A DNA stretch of 64,000 nt from Octopus sinensis (lineage: Eukaryota). This document shows positions 38,901 to 51,287 of the stretch, one piece after another; positions within the stretch are counted from its first letter, which is position 1; each line of letters starts with the position of its first letter. Made by a program: the position numbers and the translations under genes. A model generated the notes under the pieces. The model made no database searches. It was not told the DNA's origin and saw nothing but the letters and a program-made list of their open reading frames with translations. The DNA lies in NCBI RefSeq assembly GCF_006345805.1, contig NC_042999.1:161696001-161760000 (forward strand). The letters are read 5' to 3'.

Positions 38901-39071
38901 CACCCACTACACTCATGGAGTGGTTGGCGTTAGGAAGGGCATCCAGCCGTAGAAACATTGCCAGATCAGACTGGGCCTGGTGCAGCCTTCTGGCTTCCCA
39001 GACCCCAGTTGCACCGTCCAACCCATGCTAGCATGGAAAGCGGACGCTAAACGATGATGATGATGATGATG
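35978..39071 (+). mobile_element. 5'-truncated, frameshifted RTE-clade LINE
   Basis: APE C-terminus (RNEEGTRLLELC, SQIDYIL). RT motifs NYRGIKLL, QFGFMPGKSTTEAIF, FVDMEKAFDRVP, GVHQGSALSPLLF, LYADDL, FRYL. C-terminus RRLHWYGHVARM. 3' UTR with minisatellite and (GAT)n tail. Split across at least six ORF fragments. Confidence 0.95.
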
Positions 39072-39096
39072 TTTGGATTAACTTTATATATATATA

Positions 39097-39370
39097 TATA
39101 TTAATAAAAGGAATTCCAACCTTGTCTGATTTTCACGTTTTATTTACAATCTTATAATGATATATTATAAGATAATATGTTATAATAGAATAAAATAAAA
39201 TGAAATAGTAGAATGTTAAATGTTCATTCTGATTGAACTAGTACTTTCATGCATTGAATTCTGCAATCTTCGGGTTCATGTAGTAGTGGTGACAGTCAAA
39301 AATTGTGAAGCATAAGATTGTAAATAAAACGTGAAAATCAGACAAGGTTGGAATTCCTTTTATTAATATA
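39097..39370. mobile_element. TA-flanked inverted-repeat element (MITE-like)
   Basis: Perfect 59-bp terminal inverted repeats (39097-39155, 39312-39370) around a 156-bp core. Confidence 0.75.
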
Positions 39371-39379
39371 TTCTTCTAT

Positions 39380-39600
<221 letters not shown>

Positions 39601-40117
39601 CAGGCAGACAGGCAGACAGACAAACATGCTCAGCTTTATATATATAGATATATATTTATATTTAATGCCCTTTTATTTGATTTTTATTGGTTTCAGTTTA
39701 GCGTTAAATCTTTTGTTGCCTTTGTTCAATTCCAACATATGTTGTTTGTTTGTTTTAAACTGAAATAGCCAAGTCTTGTTTCCCTGAGAACTTTTCCATG
39801 TTGTTTATTTCTGATGATTATCATTAGTCAGTGTTGTTTCTTGGATAGTTACATAAAGGGATACAGTAGAAAAGTGTTGTGTCATACAGTGCAGCTGTTT
39901 CTTTCAAGGACAAATAATCTGAACACAGCTGACTACAAAGCTTTGGTTAACCTCTCATCTATGGCAATACAGTTTGAATCTGATATAAGTAAATAAATAT
40001 AGATTTATACATTGATAATTTTTAGAGGTGTTGTATAATGCATTGAATCAATTGACAATCATACTTTTTAACCTCAAAATAGTGGAATTATAACTCAAAT
40101 TATTCAAGAAATATATA

Positions 40118-40318
40118 TCATCATCATCATTATTTTTCAACCGTGGTCGAGACAATGGAATTTACCATGCTACGCCAGACTTCACGGTCCATCATGGCAT
40201 TACGGAGGTCCTGTTGCTGGATGCCTGTATCTCTGGAGATTACATCAGGGTAGGAGACTGTGCGCCCTCTGGTATTGCGAGTAGATGGCTTCCAGAGGAG
40301 AAGAGTAGAAATTACCTC
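40118..40318 (-). mobile_element. 3' end of a second RTE-type LINE lineage
   Basis: Minus frame EVISTLLLWKPSTRNTRGRTVSYPDVISRDTGIQQQDLRNAMMDREVWRSMV...stop, followed by a (TGA)n tail. Confidence 0.75.
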
Positions 40319-40594
40319 TTTTTATCTACTTAGTCTGCCACTGCTTCATCTGCAAGATGTCATTTGAATATAGTTTATCGTACAGTCATCTGAATCCAGT
40401 ATAGCATTCAGTCATCTGCGTACAGTCTACTATTCAAGCATTTGAAAGCAGCTGAGCATTCAGTTATTTGAATGTAGTCTACAGCTCAATTATTTGAACT
40501 TCACTGTCTTAAATAATGATTTCTAACTTTGGCACAAACCCACAAAGTTTGAAGTAAATTTTGAAAGCAGAAGCCATTTCTATTTGAAAGCTGA

Positions 40595-40860
40595 GGTGCA
40601 GCTCAGTAGAACATTAGATTCCAATCCTTGCTTCCACCTGAAATCTCTTTTTGATTTCTAGTAGAGATTCAGCTATAAGAACATGGTCATTACCATAGAG
40701 GACTTCCCATAGGCAACCAGTCTTAAATTCCTCTGTTATGGCCTGAAGGACTACCATAAACAAGAGGGTACTGAGAACCAATCCTTGAGGAACTCCTACC
40801 CACACATTAAATTCATTGCTATACTCATTGCCAACTTTCACCTTACAGTCAGCCTACCTG
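40595..40860 (-). mobile_element. Degenerate RTE reverse transcriptase fragment
   Basis: VGVPQGLVLSTLLF...EVLYGNDHVLIAES, decayed GVHQGSVLSPLLF and LYADDL motifs. Confidence 0.75.
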
Positions 40861-40874
40861 TACATGGTTTGAGG

Positions 40875-41257
40875 TGGAGGCGCAATAGCCCAGTGGTTAG
40901 GCAGCGGACTCGCGGTCATAGGATCGCGGTTTCGATTCCCAGATCGGGTGTTGTGAGTGTTTATTGAGTGAAAACACCTAAAAAGCTCCACGAGGTTCCG
41001 GCAGGGGATGGTGGTGATCCCTGCTGTACTCTTTCACCACAACTTTCTCTCACTCTTACTTCCTGTTTCTGTTGTACCTGTATTTCAAAGGCCGGCCTTG
41101 TCACTCTCTGTGTCACGCTGAATATCCCTGAGAACTACGTTAAAGGTGCACGTATCTGTGGAGTGCTCAGCCACTTACACGTTAATTTCACGAGCAGGCT
41201 GTTCCGTTGATTCGGATCAACCGGAACCCTCATCGTCATAACCAACGGAGTGCTTCC
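40875..41257 (+). mobile_element. SINE family B with 11-bp TSD
   Basis: TSD ACATGGTTTGA at 40862-40872 and 41258-41268. Confidence 0.92.
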
Positions 41258-41661
41258 ACATGGTTTGAACAGCTTTCAACAACCACTCTTCTACCCCTGG
41301 CTTCTGCATCGCTCACCAGCTGAGAGAGCTTGGGATTGGCCACATTTTTGATATTGCCTAATGTGGCAAAAGTGTATTAATATTATCGTAGCAATTGAAA
41401 AGCAACTAAGGAAAACATTCATTACAATAAATAGTGAGAGAATGTAGGGATTAAGGAAATCCACACAGATACTTCAGTCAGTACTCCATGTGTAAAACAT
41501 GGCTAACAGAATGTCATTGAGGAAAATCAGAATCCATATTCATTTAATCCACTGGATGTTCCATATACAAAAAAAAAAAAAGCTGTAAATCCAAACAAGA
41601 TATGAATTAATCAGTTGATGTATTTATAGCCAAGTATTATACAAAGTAAACAAAGTAAACA

Positions 41662-41833
41662 GGCGCAGGAGTGGCTGTGTGGTAAGTAGCTTGCTAACCA
41701 ACCACATGGTTCCGGGTTCAGTCCCACTGCGTGGCATCTTGGGCAAGTGTCTTCTGCTATAGCCCCGGGGCCGACCAATGCCTCGTGAGTGGATTTGGTA
41801 GACGGAAACTGAAAGAAGCCTGTCGTATATATG

Positions 41834-41866
<33 letters not shown>

Positions 41867-42083
41867 ATGTGTTTGTGTGTCTGTGTTTGTCCCCCTAGCA
41901 TTGCTTGACAACCAATGCTGGTGTGTTTACGTCCCCGTCACTTAGCGGTTTGGCAAAAGAGACCGATAGAATAAGTACTGGGCTTACAAAGAATAAGTCC
42001 CAGGGTCGATTTGCTCGACTAAAGGCGGTGCTCCAGCATGGCCACAGTCAAATGACTGAAACAAGTAAAAGAGTAAAAGAGTA
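41662..42083 (+). mobile_element. SINE family A, full length
   Basis: Homologous to the other copies. Confidence 0.92.
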
Positions 42084-42333
42084 AATATATTGATAGATTT
42101 CAACTTACAGAATTGTCCACCCATCCAAGAGATATTTCAGTTGATGGATAATAACAATAATCTACACATCAGATTACTTTTTTCGATTAAGGGCAAACCC
42201 ACCAGTGCCTCTGTCCCTAACATATGAAAAAATTGTCAAGATCAATAAAATAATTGTCAAATACTGGGTTTAATGTATTCAAATTGTTTCCTTCCCTCAT
42301 AATTACTGGCCTTGTGCCAAAATTATAAAGAAT

Positions 42334-42751
42334 GCGCAGGAGTGGCTGTGTGGTAAGTAGCTTGCTAACCAGCCACATGGTTCCGGGTTCAGTCCCACTG
42401 TGTGGCACCTTGGGCAAGTGTCTTCTGCTATAGCCCTGGGCCGACCAATGCCTTGTGAGTGGATTTGGTAGACGGAAACTGAAAGAAGCCTGTCATATAT
42501 ATGTATATATATATATATATGTATGTGTGTGCTTGTGTGTCTGTGTTTGTCCCCCTAGCATTGCTTGACACCCGATGCTGGTGTGTTTACGTCCCCGTCA
42601 CTTAGCGGTTCGGCAAAAGAGACCGATAGAATAAGTACTGGGCTTACAAAGAATAAGTCCCGGGGTCGATTTGCTCGACTAAAGGTGGTGCTCCAGCATG
42701 GCCACAGTCAAATGACTGAAACAAGTAAAAGAGTAAAAGAGTAAAAGAGTA
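42334..42751 (+). mobile_element. SINE family A, full length
   Basis: Homologous to the other copies. Confidence 0.92.
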
Positions 42752-43019
42752 ATGATCTATTATTATTATTTTTATTTTTATTTTTATTAAGGTGGTGGTA
42801 GAAGGTGACAAGCTGACAGAATCGTTAGCAGACCAGGTGAAATGTTTAGTGGTATTTTGTCTGTCTTATGTTCAGAGTTCAAATTTCTCTGAGATCCATT
42901 TTGCCTTTCATCCTTTTGAGGTTGATAAAATAAGTACCAGTTGAGCACTTGGGTTGATGTAATCAACTTACCCACTTCTCCAAAATTGCTGACTTTGTGC
43001 CAAAATTTAAAACCGTGTA

Positions 43020-43560
43020 ACCAGCCCACTTATGCGTACCTTTCTTTCATTGGACACTAAACTCTGCTTGCGAAGACCTGTTGAGGCAAGTGAAATCGAA
43101 ATCAAATTCGCTGACATGGCTGATGACAGCACCGCCTGACTGGCATCCCTGCTAGTGGAATGTAAAGAGCACCATCTGGGAATGATCATTACTAGGGCCA
43201 CTGACTGGCTTCCGTGCCGGTGCCACGTAAATAGCACCATTCAAGTGTGATCGTTACCAGCGCCACCTTACTGGCACTTGTGCCGGTGGTATGTGAAAAC
43301 AACATTCAAGCGAGGTCGTTGCCAATGCCACTGGACTGGCTCCTCTGTAGGTGGCACATAAAAAACACCATTCGAGCCTGGCTGTAAAAGCACCCACTAC
43401 ACTCTCGGAGTGGTTGGCATTAGGAAGGGCATCCAGCTGTTGAAACTCTGCCAGATCAGATTGGAGCCTGCTGCAGCCATTTGGTTCACCAGTCCCCAGT
43501 CAAACGATCCGACCCATGCCAGCAAGGAAAGCAGACATTAAACGATGATGATGATGATTG
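43020..43560 (+). mobile_element. RTE 3'-UTR copy (older)
   Basis: Homologous to 38560-39070; ends in (GAT)n. Confidence 0.75.
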
Positions 43561-43593
43561 CTTTGGTAGTTTCATGCAAATTTCTACTTAACA

Positions 43594-43634
<41 letters not shown>

Positions 43635-44231
43635 GTGTGTGTGCGTGTGTGTGTGTGTGTTTATGTGTGTGTGTACAATGCATTTCTTTTAGCTTCTGTC
43701 TGCCAGATCCACTGACAATACTGGTTAGCCCCAAGTTATAGTAGGAGACCCTTTCCCTAGATGCCATGCTATGGGATTGAGCCCAAAACCATCACCACTG
43801 TGTGGGTATTTAAGTTATTTGCTAATGTATACCCTAGCTCATTTTCCTTCTGCTTCTTTTTTTTTTCTTTTTTCATGTGTAGGGACCAGTGAAATAAATA
43901 TACCTTATGTGAAAAATAAGTTTGGGCCACACAAAGGGTATATGAGTATAGAATATTGTGTCGATAATTCCCATCCAACCCATGTTAGCAGAGAAATATC
44001 AAATGTAAAAGAAATGCCAATGTGTGAAAAGAGACAAAGAGAGAAAAAGAGAGGGAAACACATGACAAACTTTCACACAGTTTTTGTCCCCTAAATTCCA
44101 GCTAGAAAGTATTGATTCAGTCTGAGGTTGCAGTAGAAGACAATTTAACAAAATACCATGGTTTGGTTGGACCCACAACCGTCTGGCAGTAAAGTGAATT
44201 TCTTAACCACACCCCTATAGCTGTGCCTAGT

Positions 44232-44614
44232 TGGAGGCGCAATGGCCCAGTGGTTAGGGCAGCGGACTCGCGGTCATAGGATTGCGGTTTCGATTCCCAG
44301 ACCAGGCGTTGTGAGTGTTTATTGAGCGAAAACACCTAAAGCTCCACGAGGCTCCGGCAGGGGATGGTGGTGATCCCTGCTGTACTCTTTCACCACAACT
44401 TTCTCTCACTCTTACTTCCTGTTTCTGTTGTACCTGTATTTCAAAGGGCCAGCCTTGTCACTCTCTGTGTCACGCTGAATATCCCCGAGAACTACGTTAA
44501 GGGTACACGTGTCTGTGGAGTGCTCAGCCACTTACACGTTAATTTCACGAGCAGGCTGTTCTGTTGATTCAGATCAACCGGAACCCTCGTCGTCGTAACC
44601 GACGGAGTGCTTCC
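44232..44614 (+). mobile_element. SINE family B with 13-bp TSD
   Basis: TSD ATAGCTGTGCCTA at 44217-44229 and 44615-44627. Confidence 0.92.
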
Positions 44615-44877
44615 ATAGCTGTGCCTATGTTAGAAACAATAATGATTACACTGTGTAGCACAACTTTTGTCCTTGGGTAGCAACTATCATTTCCTATTTG
44701 CTGACCCCTAGGAAGTATGATTAATGGTTAATATTTCCTCTAGATTTCACTTTTGTAACATTTATTCAAACCTCAAAGAATCCCTCTCAGTATATTACGA
44801 TTCTCTCCTACTACTCCTGTTCATGATCAGAGATGCACATATTGTCAGCCACTAAGAGACATGCTCAAGTGGTTTAA

Positions 44878-45096
44878 CTCTTTCGTTACCAACCCGGCTG
44901 AAACTGGCTCTGGCTCTGGGTACAAATGTCTTGTTTTCATAAGTTTTGAATTAAAATCTTCCACCAAACCTTAGTCACAATTTATGTTCCTAACACTAGC
45001 TTAATGATATCCAAATTATTTTACTAAATTCTTTGTTATATTTAAAGTAATTGAAAGAAACACAGAGCATCTCAAATAAATACAGTAACGAAAGGG
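44878..45096. mobile_element. piggyBac-type MITE (same family as 8376)
   Basis: TTAA flanks; CTCTTTCGTTAC / GTAACGAAAGGG; internal homology to 8376-8596. Confidence 0.85.
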
Positions 45097-45387
45097 TTAA
45101 GGTCAAGCAACTGACGATCAAATCTACGATATTGAGCAGAATATTTACTCTAATGATATTTCTGCTTGAACGACTCAACAATGTGAAGTGTAATGGAAAA
45201 TAGGTCAGTTTCAAATCATTGATGTCATCCAGGTCATAAAAGCAAGGTTGAAGGGAATAGTAGTCACTTCCTTTGATTTCTTGATAGAAGCAAATAGGAA
45301 ATTACACTTACTGACCAAAGAAAAAAAAAGATTAAAATTTTGTTATAATCTATATAAACTTCTTGTTCATTCGCCCATTATATATTA

Positions 45388-45901
45388 CTAGCAGTATCGC
45401 CCGGCGTTGCTCGGGTTTGTAAGGGAAATAACTATATAAGCATTTTTAGAGATGTAAAGTATAATAGCCATCTCAATATGGCTAACCACAAAGGGGGTGT
45501 GTTACTGTAACTTTTTACGTTCTGGGATTTAATAATAAATTTTTAGAGAGTTACTTCCCTTATATATGCCAAAAATGCATTAAAAATGGAAAAAATTGAT
45601 GGTAAATTTTTTTAAATCGTAGACTCATTGTAGATGCGCGCTAATACCCAGAAGGGCTCGATATGAATCACGACTATAAGATACCCGGTTTTGGTTAAAC
45701 TGCACCGCAAAATGTGGGAGTAGTTAGGAATCTAAATCATAGGAGACAGACAGCACACAATCTCAGAACGTAAAAAGCTACAGTAACACCCCGCCCTTTG
45801 TGGTTAGCCATATTGAGATGACTATTATACTTTACATCTCTAAAAATGCTTATATAGTTATTTCCCTTACAAACCCGAGCAACGCCGGGCGATACTGCTA
45901 G
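45388..45901. mobile_element. Fold-back Helitron chimera with two outward-facing CTAG 3' ends
   Basis: Minus copy 45388-~45760 fused to an inverted 3' segment 45759-45901. Confidence 0.85.
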
Positions 45902-46688
45902 TTTGTTTATAAAGGTTAATTTAGTCTAAACTCTGGATTCGCAAGAAACACAGTTGCAAGCTGCCCATGAAAAGATGAGCAGATATAGAGCACAGACCAG
46001 AGAGGAGATATAATAAAATGAGGCAAAAGACAACACCAAAGGAGACTTGAGAAGATGTATGTAGACGAACGTCAAGAATATTTAAAGAAAGCTAAACTAT
46101 GAATGCTACAAAATCATTCATTCTTTCTTAAGTAGGTCCTCTTAATTCTTTCCATTCCATGGAATTTACACAGGTCCTACTAGCTATTATCGTCCCTTCT
46201 TGGGACACAAAACTCCACTTGTGAAGACCTGTTGAGGCAAGTGGAAATCAAAATCAGAACCAAAATCGAAGTCGATCAACATCAACAGAAATTGCAGCTG
46301 TGATACCAGTGCCGGTGGCACGTAAGCAAACCATCCGATCGTGGCTGTTGCCAGCACCGCCCTGACTTGCCTCCGACTTGACTGATTGAGTGAATGAGTT
46401 CACCAAGATCAACTTTATTTCATCTATCAGGGGTCAGTAAAATTATTACCAGTCGGTCATACAGATTGATTTTATTGACTATTCTCTGTCCCAAATTCTG
46501 TATTCATACACCTCTGTTAGAGATCATTATTATTTGAGTTCAAATCCTGCCTAGGTCAATGTTACCTTTCATATGTCAATGAAATGAGTATCACTCAATA
46601 CTGGGTGCATTATCCTTATCAAATAACTGAATGTATTTCTTTAGATGTATCCATTTATTCCTTCCAGACCTTCCTTCTAATGTAGTTA

Positions 46689-47086
46689 TCTATATATATA
46701 AAAGTGAAGTAGTGTGAGTGTCTGTCTCCTACGATTTAGATTCCTAACTACTCCCACATTTTGCGGTGCAGTTTAACCAAAACCGGGTATCTTATAGTCG
46801 TGATTCATATCGAGCCCTTCTGGGTATTAGCGCGCGTCTACGATGAGTCTACGATTTTATAAATAATTTACCATAATTTTTTTCCATTTTAAAGCATATT
46901 TTTTAAATAAAGGGAAGTAACTCTCTAAAAATGTCTACGATGAGTCAACGATTTAAAAAAAAATTTACCATAATTTTTTTCCCATTTTTAATGCATTTTT
47001 TTGCTATATTTTGGCTATAACTCTCTAAAAATGCTTATATAGTTATTTCCCTTACAAACCCGAGCAAGGCCGGGCGATACTGCTAG
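46689..47086 (+). mobile_element. Non-autonomous Helitron (~395 bp)
   Basis: Same family; TC...CTAG termini. Confidence 0.88.
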
Positions 47087-47326
47087 TGGTTCATAAAGTT
47101 ATGAATGGAATATAAAGATGTCGGGTGTGGAACATATAAACTGTCTCAACTAACTTTGGCATTTTATTCCTCTCTTTGCAAACAGTTTGATGAGTGTGGC
47201 TCATTTGTAGAGGCAGAAAATATGGATGAAGATTCAAGAAGGAATTGTCTGATTCACTGTGAAAGTGTATTTGACTCTTTAGTATGGGTCAGCAAGACAT
47301 GTATGGCCGGTCCTTTTTACCTGCAG

Positions 47327-47361
47327 AGAAAAAGCATGATTGAATCAAGTATTGCCAAAGA
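47327..47361 (+). CDS. TTC16: TTC16-like 35-nt microexon (RKSMIESSIAK + GA)
   Basis: Acceptor tcctttttacctgcag and donor GTAAGT at 47362. Phase 0 in, phase 2 out, bridging the 32116 donor (phase 0) and the 50952 acceptor (phase 2). Confidence 0.55.
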
Positions 47362-47506
47362 GTAAGTTTACCTCATCAACATCATAGTCATCAACATCAT
47401 TATCATCAACGTCATAACCATTGCAGTCATTGTTATCATCATCATCATCATCATCTTCATAAGCATTTTCCCCATACTTACAACACACACACATACACAT
47501 ACCTAT

Positions 47507-47725
47507 ACTCTTTACTCTTTTTACTCTTTTACTTGTTTCAGTCATTTGACTGCGGCCATGCTGGAGCACCGCCTTTAGTCGAGCAAATCGACCCCGGGAC
47601 TTATTCTTTGTAAGCACAGTACTTATTCTATCGGTCTCTTTTGCCGAACCGCTAAGTGACGGGGATGTAAACACATCGGTTGTCAAGCAATGCTAGGGGG
47701 ACAAACACAGACACACAAACACACA

Positions 47726-47773
<48 letters not shown>

Positions 47774-47948
47774 TACATATATATACGACGGGCTTCTTTC
47801 AGTTTCCATCTACCAAATCCACTCACAAAGCATTGGTCGGCCCGGGGCTAAAGCAGAAGACACTTGCCCAAGATGCCGCGCAGTGGGACTGAACCCAGAA
47901 CCATGTGGTTGGTTAGCAAGCTACTTACCACACAGCCACTCCTGCGCC
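47507..47948 (-). mobile_element. SINE family A, full length
   Basis: Homologous to the other copies. Confidence 0.92.
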
Positions 47949-49045
47949 TATCTGTTTTTTGTTTTATCTTTTTTTTTTTAAAGATTATGAAAATTGTTTC
48001 CACATTATTTTGCATTTGCAAGGGCAGCTACTTTGGGTAAACTGTTATTTCCCCGCCATAATCTAGTTGATATTTTTTGCTTTTTTTAAATATCTTTATT
48101 TTTGGATGGGATAAATTAATTTGAATGTTTCCTTTTCCTTTTATGAAAACTATCAAACTTAGCCCAGACACCCTGTGTATATATATATATATATATATAT
48201 TTATATGTATGTGTGTGTGTGTGGTGTGTGTGTGTGTGTGTGTGTGCATGCGTATGTATGTAGTGAAAGTTTAAATTTAAATTTAAAATTTAAACTGTGT
48301 TTTGAGTATGTTCCACATAGTATGCTGGCAAAGCACATTCACTGCTTATGGCCACCTGGTTCATCCACAGTAATTGCATGATGGTCACTGGATCTACATG
48401 AGGAATTCCTTAGTGCACATTGAGTATAGCAGAAACAATTGATACAGAAGATAGAGTATACTGGGTGCTTTATTTATCACAACAATCATTTCAACACATC
48501 CTCCATTGCTCCATTGTAGAAATGAATTGTGGGGAATTCTCAAGGATAGGTTGTGTGCAGGAGCATAGTCATAAATGACATCCCTTTAGGGTCTTGTTAT
48601 TGGATGGGTCTTCTCAAGTACTGCAAATAATCATCTCAGTCCTTTATCATCTCTGTGAGGCTCAACATCTTGAAGTCATTTTTTCACTCCGTTATCAAAT
48701 GTCTTCCTGGGTTTTCCTCTTCTCCTGCTTTCATTCGCATTTAGCAATCAGCACTTCTTTATGCAGCTGTCCTCATTCATATGCATCACATGTCTATACC
48801 GGTGCAGTTTTCTCTCTTGCACATTACATATGATGCCACTCATGCCCAGTATGTCTTGACATTACACAACAAATATAAATGAGCATCACTATCAGCTACA
48901 GGAAAAAGGACCTTGCTTGAAATCGGGTGAAGGCTGGCAACAAGCAGTACATTCATCTATGAAAATCTACCTCAAAGAATTCCATCTAACCCATGCAAAC
49001 AGGAAAAGTGTAGAAAAGTGGTTGTTAAATTAATAATAATGCTAT

Positions 49046-50009
49046 TGTTACAGAGGTAAAATTAACAGGAGAACAATGTACCCTAGTTCCATTGGTTGGA
49101 GTTGAACCGGCGCTCCAGTTGCTCAGGACAACAAAAAAATCCTTTGTCCTGTCAACGGCAACGGTAAATAATGAGGTTAGGAAGTGGCATTTGATCCCTA
49201 TACGGTCAGGGAAAGGTTATAAAAAAATAAAAATGCCACCCAATAAATGCGAGGTGCAGTTAGCAAGCAGAGTTGAGTTGGCCACAGGGTAGTTGGGAGA
49301 GACGGTCGGTCGATGCGGACAGCCAGCCAAGAGATGAAGACGGCAAGACACAGATAGAGGTAATGAAGAAGATGACAGTGAAGGGACAGGTATGAGAGAC
49401 GGTCAGTTAGCGAGATGAAAATTTGTAGTAGGAGCTGAGAAAGTGTTGCGGACGAGGAACATGTTGCCGGTAATGTTTGTTTATGTTTGAATTTGCTGTA
49501 AAATGTGTTAGAAGAAGAGAGAGAAAAGAAAAGGAAGAAGAACATTGTGTTGGAAGGAGAAGAAGGGGAAAAGAGAAAGAGACTGTAAAAAGAGCTGTAA
49601 ACTGTGAAAAGAAAGAGAAAAACTTTGTTTTGATTGTTTTCCAAACTCTCTGTATTGTGTCGCATGTCAACTGATTGTTGTCGGACGTTGTATTTTGCTA
49701 AATGCCATTGATTGTTCTTTTTTAAACTCTGTTAAATGTCTGTTAACCTTGGAGTTAAATGCTTTTGTTGTGAAATGTTTTGATTGATTTTGTGAAGTTA
49801 TATAAAGTGTCATATGTAAGCAACTGCCTCCTGCTGTCTCTCTCCTTTGCTGTTGTGTCGGTTTCTGGCTTGCGTTCGCTGCCCACCTCCGCTTTCTGTG
49901 GTGGACATCCGTTTGACTGAGTGTGATCGTCGTCGCAGCTTAGGGGCCTTTATCGACCTGGAAGGCCTAGGGTCTTAGGGTCCTGAGTTGAGTGAGTGGC
50001 AGCGTAACA
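49046..50009. mobile_element. Solo LTR (964 bp)
   Basis: Begins TGTTAC and ends GTAACA (6-bp inverted termini, TG..CA), flanked by identical 4-bp CTAT (49042-49045, 50010-50013). No gag/pol inside. Confidence 0.75.
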
Positions 50010-50159
50010 CTATATATACCATTGTCATTTAAGGTCCATTATCCATGTTGGCATGGATTGGATGGTTTAACAGGAGCTGGCAAACTGAAGAACCACCCAG
50101 GGTCTATTGTCTGCTTTGGCATGTTTTCTACAGCTGGATGTATATATATATATATATAT

Positions 50160-50850
50160 AATGGTCTCCTTGTTTAAGTTGGTGAATGCTGCTACAATCC
50201 TTGCCTTCAGTTCATCTTTGGTGTTACAAAGAGTCTTGTTGGTCTCTCACCAACTGCACCCCACACACAATAATCAAGGGGTTGCAGTCTGGGGAGTTAG
50301 GTAGCCAGATGTTAGGGGTGATGTGGTCGCAGAAATTGTCTGACAGTTATAATTGGGTTCTCCTGTTTGTGTGGCATGGCGCAGAGTCCTGTTGCCAGAC
50401 ACAGGATCTTCCAACAGCTACCCTATTGACCCAGGGCAGCACTACCTCCTCAAGCACTTGATGTAGGCCTCTGTGTTGAATCTGAGGCCGTGTAGGAAGA
50501 TGAATGGAGGCATAACGTTGCCATCACTAGAGATCACTCCAAACATAATGATGTTGACTGAATGTTTGATTTTTATCATTCTCGGTACATGTCCCCAGGT
50601 TGTTCTGTCCTCAGATTGACACCCAAACACTTTGAAATGTTCATATTGGAGCTTCCGGCATGAATGCCAAGTAGTATAGCATATCATTTCCAAATATCTG
50701 GCAGAGTGAATTGCATCAGGGTGCTGTTTTGCTCACAGACAGTGCCCAGCTGACCCTACTATACTGTGTAGTTGACAAAGCCAAAAATAAAAACTATGTA
50801 TGCATGAAATTAAAAATATAAAGTGGCAACAATTTACTCATTGCACCCTG
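50160..50850 (-). mobile_element. Decayed Tc1/mariner-superfamily transposase fragment (maT/DD37D-like)
   Basis: Minus strand across frameshifts: IMFGVISSDGNVMPPFIF..GLRFNTEAYIKCL, WQQDSAPCHT, WLPNSPDCNPLDYCVWG. Terminal TA-CAGGGTG at 50843-50852. Confidence 0.8.
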
Positions 50851-50951
50851 TATATGTATGGTATAAGTAAAGAAACAGGTTCAGGATGAAATTAAATGTG
50901 ACAAAAAACAAACACAATCCATTGATCTACTTTCATTTCTTTTACTTGCAG

Positions 50952-51287
50952 CATAATATCAGCTAAGATTAAGAAGTCAGAAAAGAACTACTGTGAGAGT
51001 TTGAAATTATTTAACAAAGCAGTTCTGATGGACTTCAATAACCCTTTCTACCTAGCTGACCGGGCAGAAGTCTATATCATTCTTGGAGATATTCAGGCTG
51101 CTATACAAAATTACAGCCGAGCTGTATTCCTCTACAAAGGCTCACCAGTCTTTAGATCTCGTTTAGCCAAACTTTACTGCCTTCAGGGACAAGTCTTTCT
51201 TGACTTCAGAATGTATCAGCAAGCTTATAAAATTTTTCTCAAAGCTTCCGAGTGGGATCCTGAACAGTTAATATACAAAGCTAAAAG
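50952..51287 (+). CDS. TTC16: TTC16-like TPR exon
   Basis: Boundaries ttacttgcag and GTAAAT; 336 nt, phase 2-2. Encodes IISAKIKKSEKNYCESLKLFNKAVLMDFNNPFYLADRAEVYIILGDIQAAIQNYSRA...LQGQVFLDFRMYQQAYKIFLKASEWDPEQLIYKAK, a TPR pattern matching recalled TTC16 (RAEAYxQLCDFxSA..NxxRA, LQGQ). Confidence 0.9.

Noticed and set aside
39895-39988. Possible extra TTC16 exon (LFLSRTNNLNTADYKALVNLSSMAIQFESDI)
   Set aside because: Its best donor is phase 1, incompatible with the downstream phase-0 microexon, and I recognise no homology. Unresolved without RNA data.
40875-40950. tRNA-like heads of SINE families A, B and C
   Set aside because: They have A/B boxes but continue into SINE bodies with TSDs; not called as tRNA genes.
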